NCBI GenBank assembly: GCA_002633005.1
Contig: NMRA01000165.1
Span: forward strand, 529,958 to 593,957
Reading direction: 5' to 3'
Source: Phoronis australis
Taxonomy: Eukaryota > Animalia > Phoronida
Length of the DNA: 64,000 nt
The first letter of the stretch is position 1, and the number at the start of each line of letters is the position of its first letter. Of the stretch, positions 1 to 12,086 are shown in pieces. Below the pieces are notes generated by a model. That model was not told where the DNA came from and ran no database searches. It saw only the letters and a program-made list of their open reading frames with translations. The position numbers were made by a program, and so were the translations under genes.

Positions 1-483
1 ATCAGCAGCCCAGGAGGCATCATTTAACTCCTGCAGAGAAACCATGGAGAATTTTCCCGTGATCAATTAAAAAACCTTCTGAGTCTTGATAGAATGGGCA
101 TAACACACGTCATTCAAATTTTGACGGGCCACTGTAACCTAGCCCAACACAGACACATTACCAGGCATGTGGGGAGCCCTGTGTGTCCCGAGTGTGGTAC
201 TGACGTAGAATCCCATAAACACATGGTAGGGTCTTGCCCAGCTTTTAATAGGCTAAGGAGCAACCTACTGGATGGCACTGTTACATGCCTACAACATATA
301 GTGCATGGCAACAAATGGAAACGTCTGTCCACTGTTTTAACGAAGAAGGGCAGACTTGAAAATTTCCTTCATGAAGAACCAAAACAGGGCTCTCGCACTT
401 TTAGCTCAGGTGTTTTGTGCAATGGCCCAACCTGTCTGATGCACCATAAATGCCATCTGGCCACCTGCACTGTTTTTTTTTAA
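1..483 (+). mobile_element. 3' end of a non-LTR retrotransposon (I/LOA/R1-like ORF2 C-terminal zinc knuckle), degenerate, antisense in a Nup37 intron
   Basis: Frame reads ...LKNLLSLDRMGITHVIQILTGHCNLAQH...SPVCPECGTDVESHKHMVGSCPAF, the typical 'TGH...CxxC...E..xH...C' C-terminus of LINE ORF2. There is an in-frame stop upstream at 25-27 and a short T run at 474-481. Confidence 0.75.
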
Positions 484-984
484 ATACAAATTCTTTCAAG
501 TGCAATTTTGGCTTTCTTTACCTTCATCAGCGTAACTAATTTTGATAATGAATTTGATAATACAGAGAGAGTTCTAAATTAACAAAGTAGTAAGACTCCT
601 TTTTTCATATTCTTGATTCAAGAAACACCTTTGGTGTTTTAAAACCATAGACTGAGAGCAAAAAGCAGCTTGTCAGCACGAAAGCATGCGACATGGGACC
701 AACATGACCTGAGCCCATGCATGCATTTCTTGTGTTAAGACTCTTGTTACACTAGCCCCACCTGGTGAATTTTGAGTAGCCCTTTGTCTCCAAACACATA
801 CTGTGGTATGTTGAGACAGGGATTTTACTTGACAAACAGATCACTTTATGAACATACAAGGTATGTAAGAGCAGGACCTAATGCTAGGCAGAGAATAGTC
901 TACTTCTGTCAATGGTACTAACACAGAGAATGAATTCTATAGCCTAAGCAATGATACAATGACCTACATCAAATGGCATGGTAC

Positions 985-1170
985 CTTCATGGGGTCATCG
1001 CGGTGCCAGCGTACACTCATCCCAGGAGACTGTAGTGGGAACCTCATGTGCTGCGTACCGTCTGTGTCAAAGATACGACAACTCAGGTCATCCCCTACAC
1101 TAGCTATCTGGTCACCTTTCTCTGGGTCAAAGGTCACAGCATTGATGTAATCTGTGTGACAGTCAATTAT
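985..1170 (-). CDS. Nup37: Nucleoporin Nup37 (WD40), coding exon 4; the gene continues beyond the left edge
   Basis: IIDCHTDYINAVTFDPEKGDQIASVGDDLSCRIFD...LQSPGMSVRWHRDDPMK matches Nup37 (GHTDFINGLVFDPKEGQEIASVSDDHTCRIW...SPGMSVCWH). Acceptor tttcag|ATA, donor AAG|gtac; 186 nt, phase 0/0. Confidence 0.92.
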
Positions 1171-1834
1171 CTGAAATTCAAGGCATTTGTAGAATGATTG
1201 GAACAGTTCACTTCTAAATACAACGTGCTTGCAAGGTGTTACAACGCCGACAACATTAAAGTGTCGTTTTCTGAATAATATCATTGATGTCTAAACTCAA
1301 GTCAGTATTATAATGGTTGGTACTCAGCGCGTAATTTTTGATGACAACTATGATAACAAATTACTCAAATGTTCACTCCCAATCGGAAATAGATAATAAA
1401 TGTAAGTTGACTGAGAATTGTGTAGTTGAACTTTATTTACAAACAACTGTAACTTAATTTACAAACAGCTGTAACAAAACGGGATAAGCCCTACAACAAT
1501 TGGCAGTTTACATAAAGAACAGCAATGTTTCTATAAAAAATTGTAAATTTCCATAGTTAGGTTTCTAAAACATGTTCACAATACTTCAGTTTTACTAGAA
1601 ATTGCAACAGTTGCTGATTTGTGAAAGTACTCTTGTAACACGTTGATATCCAGAATATTTTTGTAAAACAAGACAACTAGTGAAATACTGATTAAAATTG
1701 TAAACAAAATTACCCCTGCTTCTCTTTTTTACTTTGAGTATTTTAACAAAATAGGATATTTTAGATCAGATAGCGTCACTGCAAACTATCATGTCATTGC
1801 CAGCATTAATCAAGGCTTGCTCACTAATACCTAC

Positions 1835-1907
1835 CTTAACAGTATCTGTCTCTTTCAGATCGGATGTGAATAACCTCAGCTTCTTATCAATTCCTGCAGT
1901 ACAAAAC
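1835..1907 (-). CDS. Nup37: Nup37 coding exon 3
   Basis: (R)FCTAGIDKKLRLFTSDLKETDTVK matches Nup37 FCTSAADMKIRLFTSDLQ. Acceptor cag|G, donor AAG|gtag; 73 nt, phases consistent with exons 2 and 4. Confidence 0.92.
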
Positions 1908-2864
1908 CTGTCAATGAAGAAACATTTTCTTAGTCTACCAGCGTTCATAACACATGTTTAGCAAAAACTTTCTGATATCTGTTCTCATTCAAAACAGAAT
2001 ATAAACACATTAAACCTGTGAAAAAGTGTCAGTAATGCAGTATTTCCCCTGGGTTTCAAGAGGAGCTTGCTGGTGAATGGTCACAGTGGGATGCATTAGC
2101 CTGTTGCCGCATGCGAGTTAAGAAGTGGGATCCCACCATTGCCGCGGCTTCAAAAGAAACGTGGTGGTGAAACGTAGCAGTGATGAAGAGACTGGCGCCA
2201 CAATAAAGCGTCATTGTGTGATCTCACTACCACATTTCAATCACCAATTAAATTTGCGTTAGGAAGCGGACACACCAGTACTCATTAAAATTGAATTCCC
2301 CGGCTCTAGGCACATGCATGGAACGAAAAAAATATTTGAACGTGTTTAGACTTGATTAACTAACTTAAATAATGAAACTTCTCTTAATGTTGTTTATTGT
2401 ATTCTTGCTCAACATAAATCAGATTGATCGCCATTAGCCAGCATACACCAGGTTCTCAAATTGGGAGAATTTCTCCCAATCGGGTGTATTCTCCCGATAC
2501 TGAAAAAAGCTCTCTTGATATAGAGAATTTCTCCCAAATGGAGGAATGAATTTAACAAAGTGTCCAAGGGATTCAATTGGGAAATTCAAGTTTGATACCA
2601 TTGAACAGTGTGAAAAATTACGAGGATTGACTGTGGGAATTACGGGGATACTCCTTAATTAAAGGTGCCTAGTCACAAACTGAGCCACTAACATTCAAAT
2701 CTTAAGAGCCCAGACAAAAAGTTAGAGGCCCAGATCTTTGAGGAATAGTTCAACAATCGCATGAACGCTCAACGTAATGAACAGGTGGAGTCACACCTTC
2801 AATCTAAGTACGAACCTCGATTGATGGTTGTATTTAAAACAATATACTTTCCAACAAACATAAT

Positions 2865-4215
2865 AAAGACAAGAGCAACGCGGAGCGATGAAATGCGCCC
2901 ACGAATGCATTGCAAATGGTGTGCTTTTAGGGTTATTTATTTGTATCATAAAAATGGCCACTAGATGACGCAAAAACATACAATCCATCCAAAAACAGGA
3001 ACACGCCGTATTTCATAAAAATCTGTCAAGGAACTTCAGAGAAACAAAGGAAAACATAATAAAATGAAATTGCCACTAGTGGGCACAGTGTCCGTTGGAT
3101 CCGCCTGAAAGTCGTCGTCGTCTGTTGTTATCTGCATATAAATACACTTACTAAATTTAGTAAAGATCCTGCAGTGGGTTTAGGAGATACAACTATGGGC
3201 GCAAAACAAAACTACCACTAGGAGGCGCCACAGTAGTCAGTCACCATCATCAAAGGTCATCTTCACACTGAGAACATATATTCCAATTTTCAAATGATTT
3301 GGTTGATACAGGGGTGGACACCAAAAACAAGATTTGAAAACAGCAANCCTAAACCGTTCACAGGATCGTTACGAAATTGTGTAAGTATATTTATATGATG
3401 TTAGCAACGGAAGATGACGACTTTTGGATGGATCCAACTACTCGAAAACAGTAAAAATGGCCACTAGGTGGTGCAAACTACGTCGAATCAATCTGAAAAC
3501 GGGAGGATAGCGTCACCGCACTAATAGGTGCCTTCATATTAAATTTCATGAAAATTTGTTAAGGACATTTGAAGATACAAAGGTAAACATAAAAAATAAA
3601 ATTGCTACTAGGGGGCACACCGGCGGTCGGAGCTGTTCAAAAGTCGTCGTCGTCCATTGCTAACAGTATACAACTATACTTACTAAATTTCGTAAAGATC
3701 CTGCGAACTAGGAGGCGCCACAGAAGCCGAAATCGTCGGGAAATCATTGTCAACCGTCCTTTTCATAGTAAGCACATACATGCCAATTTTCACAATCATC
3801 CTTTGAGCGGTTTGGTTGATAGAGGGGTGGATGCAAAAAACAGACTCGAAAACAGTAAAAATGGCCACTAGGTGGTGCAAACTACGTCAAATCCATCTGA
3901 AAACGAGAAGATAGCGTCATCTCACTAATTAGTAATAGGTGCCTACATACCAAATTTCATGAAAATCCGTTCAAAACTTTTGAAGATACAAAGGTAAGCG
4001 TAAAAAACTAAAATTGCCACTAGGGGGTACACCGGTAGTCGAATCCGTCCGAAAGTTCGCTCATGCCGTCCCATTCATGAATGGAACATATGTGCCAAAG
4101 GGTTTTGGAGATAGAGCAGCGGACGCCGGACTCCGGACAGACGCTGCCCGGACAGACGGACGGACGGGGATGATGGCATAATGCGTCCACATATAAATAT
4201 GTGGGCGCATAAAAA
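2865..4215 (+). mobile_element. Non-autonomous Helentron-associated (HINE/DINE-1-like) element with an internal tandem-repeat array
   Basis: The 5' subterminal ATGCGCCCAC (2893-2902) is complementary to the 3' GTGGGCGCAT (4201-4210). A 3' hairpin ATGCGTCCACATAT-AA-ATATGTGGGCGCAT (4181-4210) is followed by an A run, and a (GGAC/AGAC)n microsatellite lies at ~4120-4166. Degenerate ~100-160-bp internal repeats lie between these ends. Confidence 0.65.
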
Positions 4216-4575
4216 TGGGATTTGTAAAAGGAAAACATACAAAAGTGAGTTCATGGGAACCACACAGTTGCCAGTCATTCTTTCAAAATTTTCATGCTGA
4301 AGAATTCAAATAGTGATCATTGAAATCATGACATACTACTCGGGTCTTACCAATACTGCAAAATTCTTCATTTTCAAAAATGGTAGTACCATAGTCCCCA
4401 ATACATAAAAAATGCCTTGCATATTCTGCATTTGGCTTCACTGGTTAGTAGTGTATTTGTTGTGACTGCACCATACGATTTTGAAATTGCATGGACATAG
4501 TCGGATATAAACGGAGAATACCAACTCTGCCCAAATATGGTAGTAGTATTCCTTAAAAAAATTGTGATACCTTAC

Positions 4576-4700
4576 CTCAATGTTCTAGGGACTGTGTACA
4601 AACTAGTCTCTGGGCTCCAGGCAATGGCCATTACTCGACTGCCATGATGAAAGTCTCGTATGTGATCAAACTCAACACCGTCCACATCTTTATCTTCAGA
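4576..4700 (-). CDS. Nup37: Nup37 coding exon 2
   Basis: SEDKDVDGVEFDHIRDFHHGSRVMAIAWSPETSL matches Nup37 EEEADVEGIQYKTLRTFHHGVRVDGIAWSPETRL. Acceptor tttcag|TCT, donor AG|gtaag; 125 nt. Confidence 0.93.
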
Positions 4701-5534
4701 CTGAAACAAAGTTAAAAATAAAGCCACTACTGAAATAAAATAAAAATTGAACATTAGATGTTGATGAAATAGGGAAAACTTGAAACAGATTGCAGGTCTA
4801 CAGTCAACCGACCTAAAGATCAGACGTTTTGGCACACATTCTATTATATTTAATTGGAAATGTGGTAACAGTCGAATATAATGCGCCCACATAATGACAA
4901 CCAGTTTTCTCCACTGAATAATGGGCATCAAACTGGTTCTCAAAACATGGGCACGTTATATCCGACTATTACGGGAAATATTACGGGCTGTTGGCAATTC
5001 TTTATTGAAACAAAGACTTTGCCTTCATGGAATTGTTGTGTTACTAAATCTTGTCACCGCAAGCCTATTTAAGTTTTGTAAAGAACACCTGCTTTGATGT
5101 TTGCTACTAGAACACAGCTCTCTGTTCGCAACATAGTTACCCATGAAATGTAATCTCATGGCAGCTGACTGTGTTGTTTCAGTGAATTAGTGCAGATAAC
5201 CAAAGGACATGCAATCTTACTGCATTCAACTAGTAAGTATCTTTTCATCTTCTTGATGTGATACAAGCAATGTTGGATATTTAGGTTCGTCCAATACTTA
5301 AGGATGTCAAATATTTATGTACATTATATGTATTAGTATTTAGAAATTCAGTTCAAGATTTATTCTAATCCAGCAAATACTAGTAGGTAAATCCCGTCCA
5401 TATAAGCGATAACATCTGTGATTATTTAAAAGTATCTCCAAAAATATTTGATAAATGAGTTATCTGAATATATCTAGTAATTGTGGACCTCTCACCATGA
5501 AACTTACATCAAAATGTAGCGCACACCTATAAGT

Positions 5535-6950
5535 TTGCCTTGGCACAAAGCTGTATACTAAATATACAACTTTGTGCCAATGTGGGTAAAAAACTGACCA
5601 AATAAAATCTGACACACAAAATTAGTGTCATTATTTTTGTTCCTTGAGTAAACTATATTATTTAATGGTGTTGGAAAAATGGCATTCTAACGTTATTCTG
5701 CTGCTAAAGTTGTGGAGCGATCATTTCCGTCAGCTTTTGGCACCATGAAATTTTGCATTACCTATTGGCCAGTTTCTTTTTCCCCCATTTTTCAACAACT
5801 TCCACGAGGTTGCGTAGATGTTACAACAAATTATCGGAACTGGTTTCATTTTGTAACAAGTTTTCAGTATTTTAATACCAGCAAACTGATTTTCAGAATT
5901 AATTTTGCTGCCATCATCTGCTGAGAGATGTCGTAAATTTTTAGGGAATGTTGCGTGCACGTGACACGAGCGTACTCTTTTCAACAAGTACTTTTCATCG
6001 TTACAAAAAGCGAAGAATTACACGAGAAAATGTTGTTTGTTAGATTGTTTTTTCGCTTAAACGGATGTAACGGGAAAGGTGTCAGTTGATTCACAGATTT
6101 TGCATGCACCCCCGTCCGGTATTTAGCTCTACGCGTTGATACAAGTTTCACGGCGAGGTGGCTGTGTGCAATTTCGAGGTCTGTTAGCACTGAACATACA
6201 TTGGTACCTAGCTGAATTTTGATGATAGTCTTCATAGAGTTAGTTGGCTGGCTAACCTACAACTCGTCACCTCGTCGTAAAACTACATCAACATATAAAG
6301 CTAACGGACCGGCGGGGGCGCATGCAAAATCTGGTAGTCACCCGACACTCCCATTGTTCGTTGCAGCCGTTTAAGTTGAAAACAATCAAATAAACGTCAT
6401 TTGGTAGCATAATTTGCCGCCTTTTTAACAAAGAAGTGTATTGTCCGTTTTAAAAACAGCACGCTCGTGACACGGCGCACGCACCATTTCATAAAAATTT
6501 GAGACGTCTTTCGGTACATGGCGACAGCTTCACAGCACCAAGGTTGTTCTAAAATTCAGTTTGCTGGTGTAAAAATACTAAAAACTTGAAACAAAATGAA
6601 ACAAGTTCCGATAATTTGTTATAACATGTACGCAACCTAGGTACCGTCAGCGACGAACACTTCATAAAACAATCAGGGGGAAAAGAAACTGGTAATGGTC
6701 AGGTGACGTAATCGCAAAAAGCCGACTCAAGAGAACACATCACAATTTTACTAGCAGCAGCCGATGAACGATCGCTAACATTTCCAACACCGGTAAATAC
6801 AGAAGTTAGTTTACTCTAGGAACCTGGTTCCTAGGTTTACTCAAGGATGAGATCAGTTTTGAGTCAGATTTTATTTGTACATTTTTTACCCATATCCGCT
6901 CAAACCTGTAGGCCTATATCAAGTATACACTGAGCTTTGGGCCAAGGCTT
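5535..6950. mobile_element. Foldback (long-TIR) non-autonomous DNA element, possibly Academ-related
   Basis: Ends GCCTTGGCACAAAGCT and AGCTTTGGGCCAAGGC are inverted. Internal blocks match in inverted orientation over ~600 bp (e.g. 5826-5897 vs 6547-6625). Confidence 0.75.
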
Positions 6951-7027
6951 GGGTAACCCGGCGATGGTATGCGAAAACCATCCCATTAGAAGACACCTTT
7001 TTCGAAGAGTTTAAGCAACCAGGTGCC

Positions 7028-7772
7028 TAGCCTTGGTACAAAGCTGTATATAAATATACAGCTTTGTGGGTAAAAAGTGGTAAGATAAAATCTGACACAA
7101 AATTAGTGTCATTAAAAACTACAGTCTTCCTTGAGTGAACAAAATTATTTAACAGTGTTGGAAAAAATGGCGTTCTACCGTTATTCTGCTGCTAAAAATG
7201 TAGAGCGATCCTTAGCGATGGCTTTCGGCGCCATGAAATATTGCGTCTCCTATTGGCCAGTTTCTTTTTTCGCCGATTCTTCAATCAACTGCTGTTCTTT
7301 CACGATCTTGCGTACACGTCACAACAAACTGTTGTTTCACTTCATTATAATTTTTTAGAATTCCGATACTGAAAAACCGAATTTCAGAAGAAATTTTGCT
7401 TCTCCGAAGTTGTCGCGAAAATTAAATTTTAGGAAATGGCGCGTGCGCATGACATGGGCGTGTCGTTTTCGAAACAACGACATACTTTTCATTGTTAGAA
7501 AAGGCGGAGAGTTATGCAAGAAAATGACGTTTATTGCATTGTTTTTCACTTAAACGGCTGTAACGGGCAAGGTGAGTGTCGGTTGAGTCCCAGATTTTGC
7601 ATGCACACCGTCCGGTCTTTAGCTTTACATGTTGATACAAGTTTCACTGCGCGGTGACGAACAGAACTACCCTGGCTGTGTGCAATTTCGGGGTCTACGG
7701 AAGAAATACACGCAGTGGGACCTAGCTGTATTTTGACGACAGTCTTCATACAGCTAGCTGGCTGGCTACCAG
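7028..7772 (+). mobile_element. Second, single-arm copy of the same foldback family
   Basis: Starts TAGCCTTGGTACAAAGCTGTATA and is collinear with 5535-6255 throughout. Confidence 0.75.
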
Positions 7773-8208
7773 GTGCCATAAAAAAGGCATAGCGAACCTT
7801 TTACAGTACTGTGGCAAACAATAAAAAATAAGGACGATTGATACAATGATAAATTACGATTTAAACTCTTCAAATATGACAAAAGCAATGAATGTGTAAA
7901 GCAGCCGATACCCCGCCGTTCACATCACTGACACATCAGCCAATCAGCGATCGCTTTCAGAATTCATTGTTTTGACCATGAATACGAATCGGCTTTTGTT
8001 TGGCATGCAAGTCAGGCAAATGTGAGTTTTATTTGTGTGTTAGAACCGATTAACTGCAACATTATTTTGACTGCAGTCCGCTTTTAAGCAGCCAAGCGCT
8101 AGAAACTTCAACGCTAGATGTCGTGGGACCGCGCAAAAGAGGAAATAAGATGGTTCACGACTTTAGGGCACTCACGACTTTAGCCTAGGACCTCAGACGG
8201 TACATCAC

Positions 8209-8355
8209 CTCAAATTTACAGCTTCCTATGGACACGCGTACATCTGTTCCTATCGCGAGGAGATGTCCACTCTGTTCAAAGGGAGAAAATTCCAGAACTT
8301 GTGCTAAGCCTGAATATTCAATTGAATATGAACTTGGCTTAGGCTCTTCTGGCAT
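8209..8355 (-). CDS. Nup37: Nup37 coding exon 1
   Basis: MPEEPKPSSYSIEYSGLAQVLEFSPFEQSGHLLAIGTDVRVSIGSCKFE aligns with the Nup37 N-terminus (VVEFNPFE..SGNLIAYG....VIGTCTFQ). Donor GAG|gtgatg; 147 nt. Confidence 0.9.
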
Positions 8356-8396
8356 TGTCAGAGCTTTTTTTGAAGAACACAGCCACACTTTCCAAT

Positions 8397-8718
8397 TTTT
8401 CGCGGAAACGTTCTATTTGTACTTCAAAAGTAGAAACCATTGTGTTATACAGCGCTCTCTGGTGTTTTTAATGAAACTCACTTAGGCTGCTGGCGACATC
8501 AAAGTACACTGTCCCTTGGACCCTGTCACACGGTTACCATCATTAGACCGATAATCAAGTGGTAAGCTGGCGGGGAAAATTGCAGGTGAGAGAGTTTTGT
8601 TTCGAGCTCTAATTTGGCGAAGCAGGTTTTTAGTTTAGAAGCTGCTAACGTTTTCCCAAAATTGACGTTGAAAAGTGAAACGCAACAAGTTGCCACTCTT
8701 TGAATTTAAATTTCAAAT
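8397..8718. promoter_or_regulatory. Putative Nup37 promoter with E2F-like and CHR-like elements
   Basis: TTTTCGCGGAAA at 8397-8408 and TTTGAA...TTCAAA at ~8699-8717, immediately upstream of the Nup37 ATG. Motif match only. Confidence 0.3.
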
Positions 8719-10684
8719 CCTCAGCCTGCGTTTTCAAGTTGAAAGCGCTTTTACGTTGCAGCTAATTTGACACGAGTGACAATGAAATCAAGAAATGTTC
8801 TTCAGGCTTACAAGTACTTCAGATTTTCCTTGTTTTATTTCTTTACCCAACGGGTAGGCCTATTCTCTAATACCAGTGCTGCCCATGCACATAAGAAAAC
8901 CGTGTAGTAAGCTTAAACGTAGGTTTCGGAAGGCTATTAGTGAGACTGCACCCTCTAAAAAATCGTCTTTTGAAAATTGAATCAGATATTCTGTTTCAAA
9001 ATTTCATGTCGAGACAGGGTAATATAATCCACTCCGGACAAAACCAGAACAATGCAGCGAGACCATTGTTGACAAAGTCACACAAGATTTGCGGTTCAGC
9101 TGAGATATGAGAATTAATCCGTCAGAACAACGATTCGTAAAATTGCTCCACGGTTTTGACCACACTCTTGACGTTTTAGTTGATTTACGGTAACTAATAC
9201 AGCAAACAGTTGGTCAAAAATGTATCGTGGGCCATCCCGGCTAACCGCACTCTCAGTTGCGCCTTGAAACATGTCACGCTCTTCTCTCGGTTGCCCCGAC
9301 AACTGTAATTAACACTTAATTAGCAAAAAAGTGCGAAATGTGTCTTTGGTATCAAGTGACGTTACTATCGGTACTAACTAGTGGCAGAGATTTTTTTATC
9401 GACAATGATAATCGCACGTACTCAAACTAACCTGGTCAAAGAATAATCATGGACGCTAGCAGAAATTTAAAAAAATGCCGGAACGAGGTTTGCATCCTAT
9501 ACTACATAATGGCACGGCGATTAAGTGTCCCCCTTCGAATTTTTCGGACGGGTTAATACAAGTTGGGAACGACAGACAGTCGCGTGACTTATTCTGCCGC
9601 AGCTCTCAACGCGACACGATCACTATGATTGCTGACTTAATTATCAGCAATAGCATTACGCGTAAAATAAGAACGCAGTACAAATGTTCGCCTGTTCCAC
9701 AACCTAAGCATTCGTGTCTGTTTGTACCAACATAGTCTGAGAGCAGTCAAATGACCTTCACTTTTCCAAGGTTAGAGATGCCCTGGAATGAGGTCCATCT
9801 TGAATGAGTGACAACACTGTGTGTCTGGAGATGACAAGAATCATCCGCTTATATTATTGTTGTCGGACAGCGAATCACCGTGGTTGATATGAAGAGAGAT
9901 GGACACCAGATTAATTTAACACTGCTTTGTTTTAAACTATGTTAAACAAATAAGCCAAGCATTTTTGTGTGTTTTTGATCAAGAGTCACTTTTTCTCTGT
10001 CACTGGCGGCCACGGCTTAGTCCCAGCTTCGATATACCGAAACATAACATCCTTTAAGTGATAAAAATGTGTTTTCATATCAACAATTTACACGCATGAA
10101 ACGATTTTATCAAAGAATATAATCATAGGTTTGTGTAGAAAGTATCGAATGCATATCGATGGAACACCCTGATAGTTTATTGTATACGGAATTGTATTTT
10201 GTAGTGACTGGAAAATCATTTCGAAAATATGTTGTTATCGTAAGTCACAAGAAGACCGCAGCTGTTTCCATTCAGGAAGGTGCAACAAGGAGGGCGTAGA
10301 CAGGCAACATGATTTCATGCTTGCCATTAATAAACTTGTGTTGAGCACAATAAAAAAATTCGTGACATCACATATTCCTGTCTTATCGCCAATACATAAC
10401 AATTGGTGGGGAATAGATACTGAGGCAATTTGAATAAACAAAATTCCAAACCGTATACTCACCCCGTCACCAGTGTCGACTGACTCAAATTACAGACGAA
10501 TTTCACACGTTTTTCAAAACTAGTTTTGCAGATGTCGTGCCATTTTTTTTAGCATCCATCCCAAAGTAATGTTTGCGTTTTCCTGTGAGGCCCTCACAAA
10601 CGTCGATGTGCACCGTTAGGTGTCAGTCCATCAAAGTAGCGGAACTTTGTAGCATACGTTAGCAGCGTCGGGAAATTTGAGTCT

Positions 10685-10839
10685 CAGGGACGGATTCAGG
10701 ATTTTGAAGGGGAGCAGGGCAGAGTATTAGCCAGGATTTTGCCGTCAGACATTCGCACCCCCGTACTGCCAAATAGAATCTAGCAGAATTTTAGGGGGGA
10801 TGGGCCCCCTTGGCCCCCTCCGCCATAAATCGGACACTG
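10685..10839. mobile_element. MITE, CAG(G/T)GGCGGAT-terminal family (degenerate copy)
   Basis: Collinear with 49942-50256 and inverted relative to 27484-27629. No TSD is recognisable. Confidence 0.6.
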
Positions 10840-11988
10840 GGGTAGTGGTATCAAACCCTAACAAATAAATCTTTATATCAGTTATGCTTCTGTTAAGTGA
10901 TATTTCAGTTAGTCGACAAAAATATTATCGTTTTCAGTCAGCCAGCCTGTTCACAGCGGATTCAGTAACGGGTCATGGGGAGCTGGAGGAGAGGGCGGCT
11001 CCCTCTAGACACGACCAAATAAACAAAAACAAAACCCCTCCCTCATACATTTTTAAGACTTGCTTGGTCGTTCTTACTTCGAAATTTGGAGTTGCCCCCT
11101 TGCTATATCCTAGATCGGCCAGTCTTTAGCTTGCATCCCAAATACGTTCCTAGAAGAAATAGATAAAATATCTGAGGTCGCGGTAGAATTTTCCAATGAG
11201 CGGGTCAGTTTCAACCCGTGGAATACAGTCATTTCATGTAGTCCCGTGACCGGAGATCCACCAAGCGTCGGTTCCCTGCACCTCAAAGAAGTGGAGACTT
11301 AGTCTACAAAAGGAGACTTAGTCTACAAAAGCGCTAGGCGTTGTAGAAATCTACCCATAAAATTTGATTGGAATATGTATCCATTAGCATTACAGTAAAC
11401 AATCTGATATAGAAAGAAATTTATATCATTAGCGAATTTTCAATTTCACGAAGAAAGTTTTCAATGTATTAAAGCAGGAATCAAGGGCTACTAAGGTGTC
11501 AGGGCGTAAATTCTGATGGGTGCAGACTTCGTGTGTATCGCCGTACTCCTTCACATTTGGCTATTTTGATCGACAATTACATTGTTAAAAATAAAACACC
11601 TGTGCGAGTTCCGATTAAAGAAATGTATTCTACAATTTAACCGGTATCAGGCTGCCTTAATCTCTCTCGCTAATCAAATCATCCAACCGCGTGGCTATGT
11701 TTCCCAGCAGCCTCGCTTTGGCGTCGACTGGATAAACTCTGCTTCACTTTATCCATTCAACACAGCATACTTCAGCAATAGGCCGAGGCAGACGTAAATA
11801 TGAAAGCTCGCCTGTTTACCGCGATATTTAAACGGGTTGCGACTTGATAACGTGTGATAACGTAAAAAGCGGTCATTTATTCCATACCCAACTCTCATAC
11901 AATTACAAACTGGAGTTTACCGACTGAGAATTATTTTCTCGGAATTATTATTCCACATTATTTATTTTCATTATTTATTTATTACGCA

Positions 11989-12086
11989 ATGACAATGCGA
12001 CGACTCAGCAGGAAATGTTACGGAGTCTTTGTGATTTTGTTGCTGGCCGGGTGTTCTTCAAGATCTACTGCTGCTATTCGTTGGTT
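11989..12086 (+). CDS. Wnt4: Wnt4 coding exon 1 (signal peptide)
   Basis: MTMRRLSRKCYGVFVILLLAGCSSRSTAAIRW(L) has a basic n-region, a hydrophobic core and the conserved W-L. Donor TT|gtaagt is phase 2 and matches exon 2. A TATTTAAA box lies at 11825-11832. This exon is not in the supplied ORF track. Confidence 0.85.

Noticed and set aside
11293-11330. Tandem duplication of GGAGACTTAGTCTACAAAA (a similar 22-bp duplication occurs at ~59666-59709)
   Set aside because: Two-copy local slippage duplications with no further structure.
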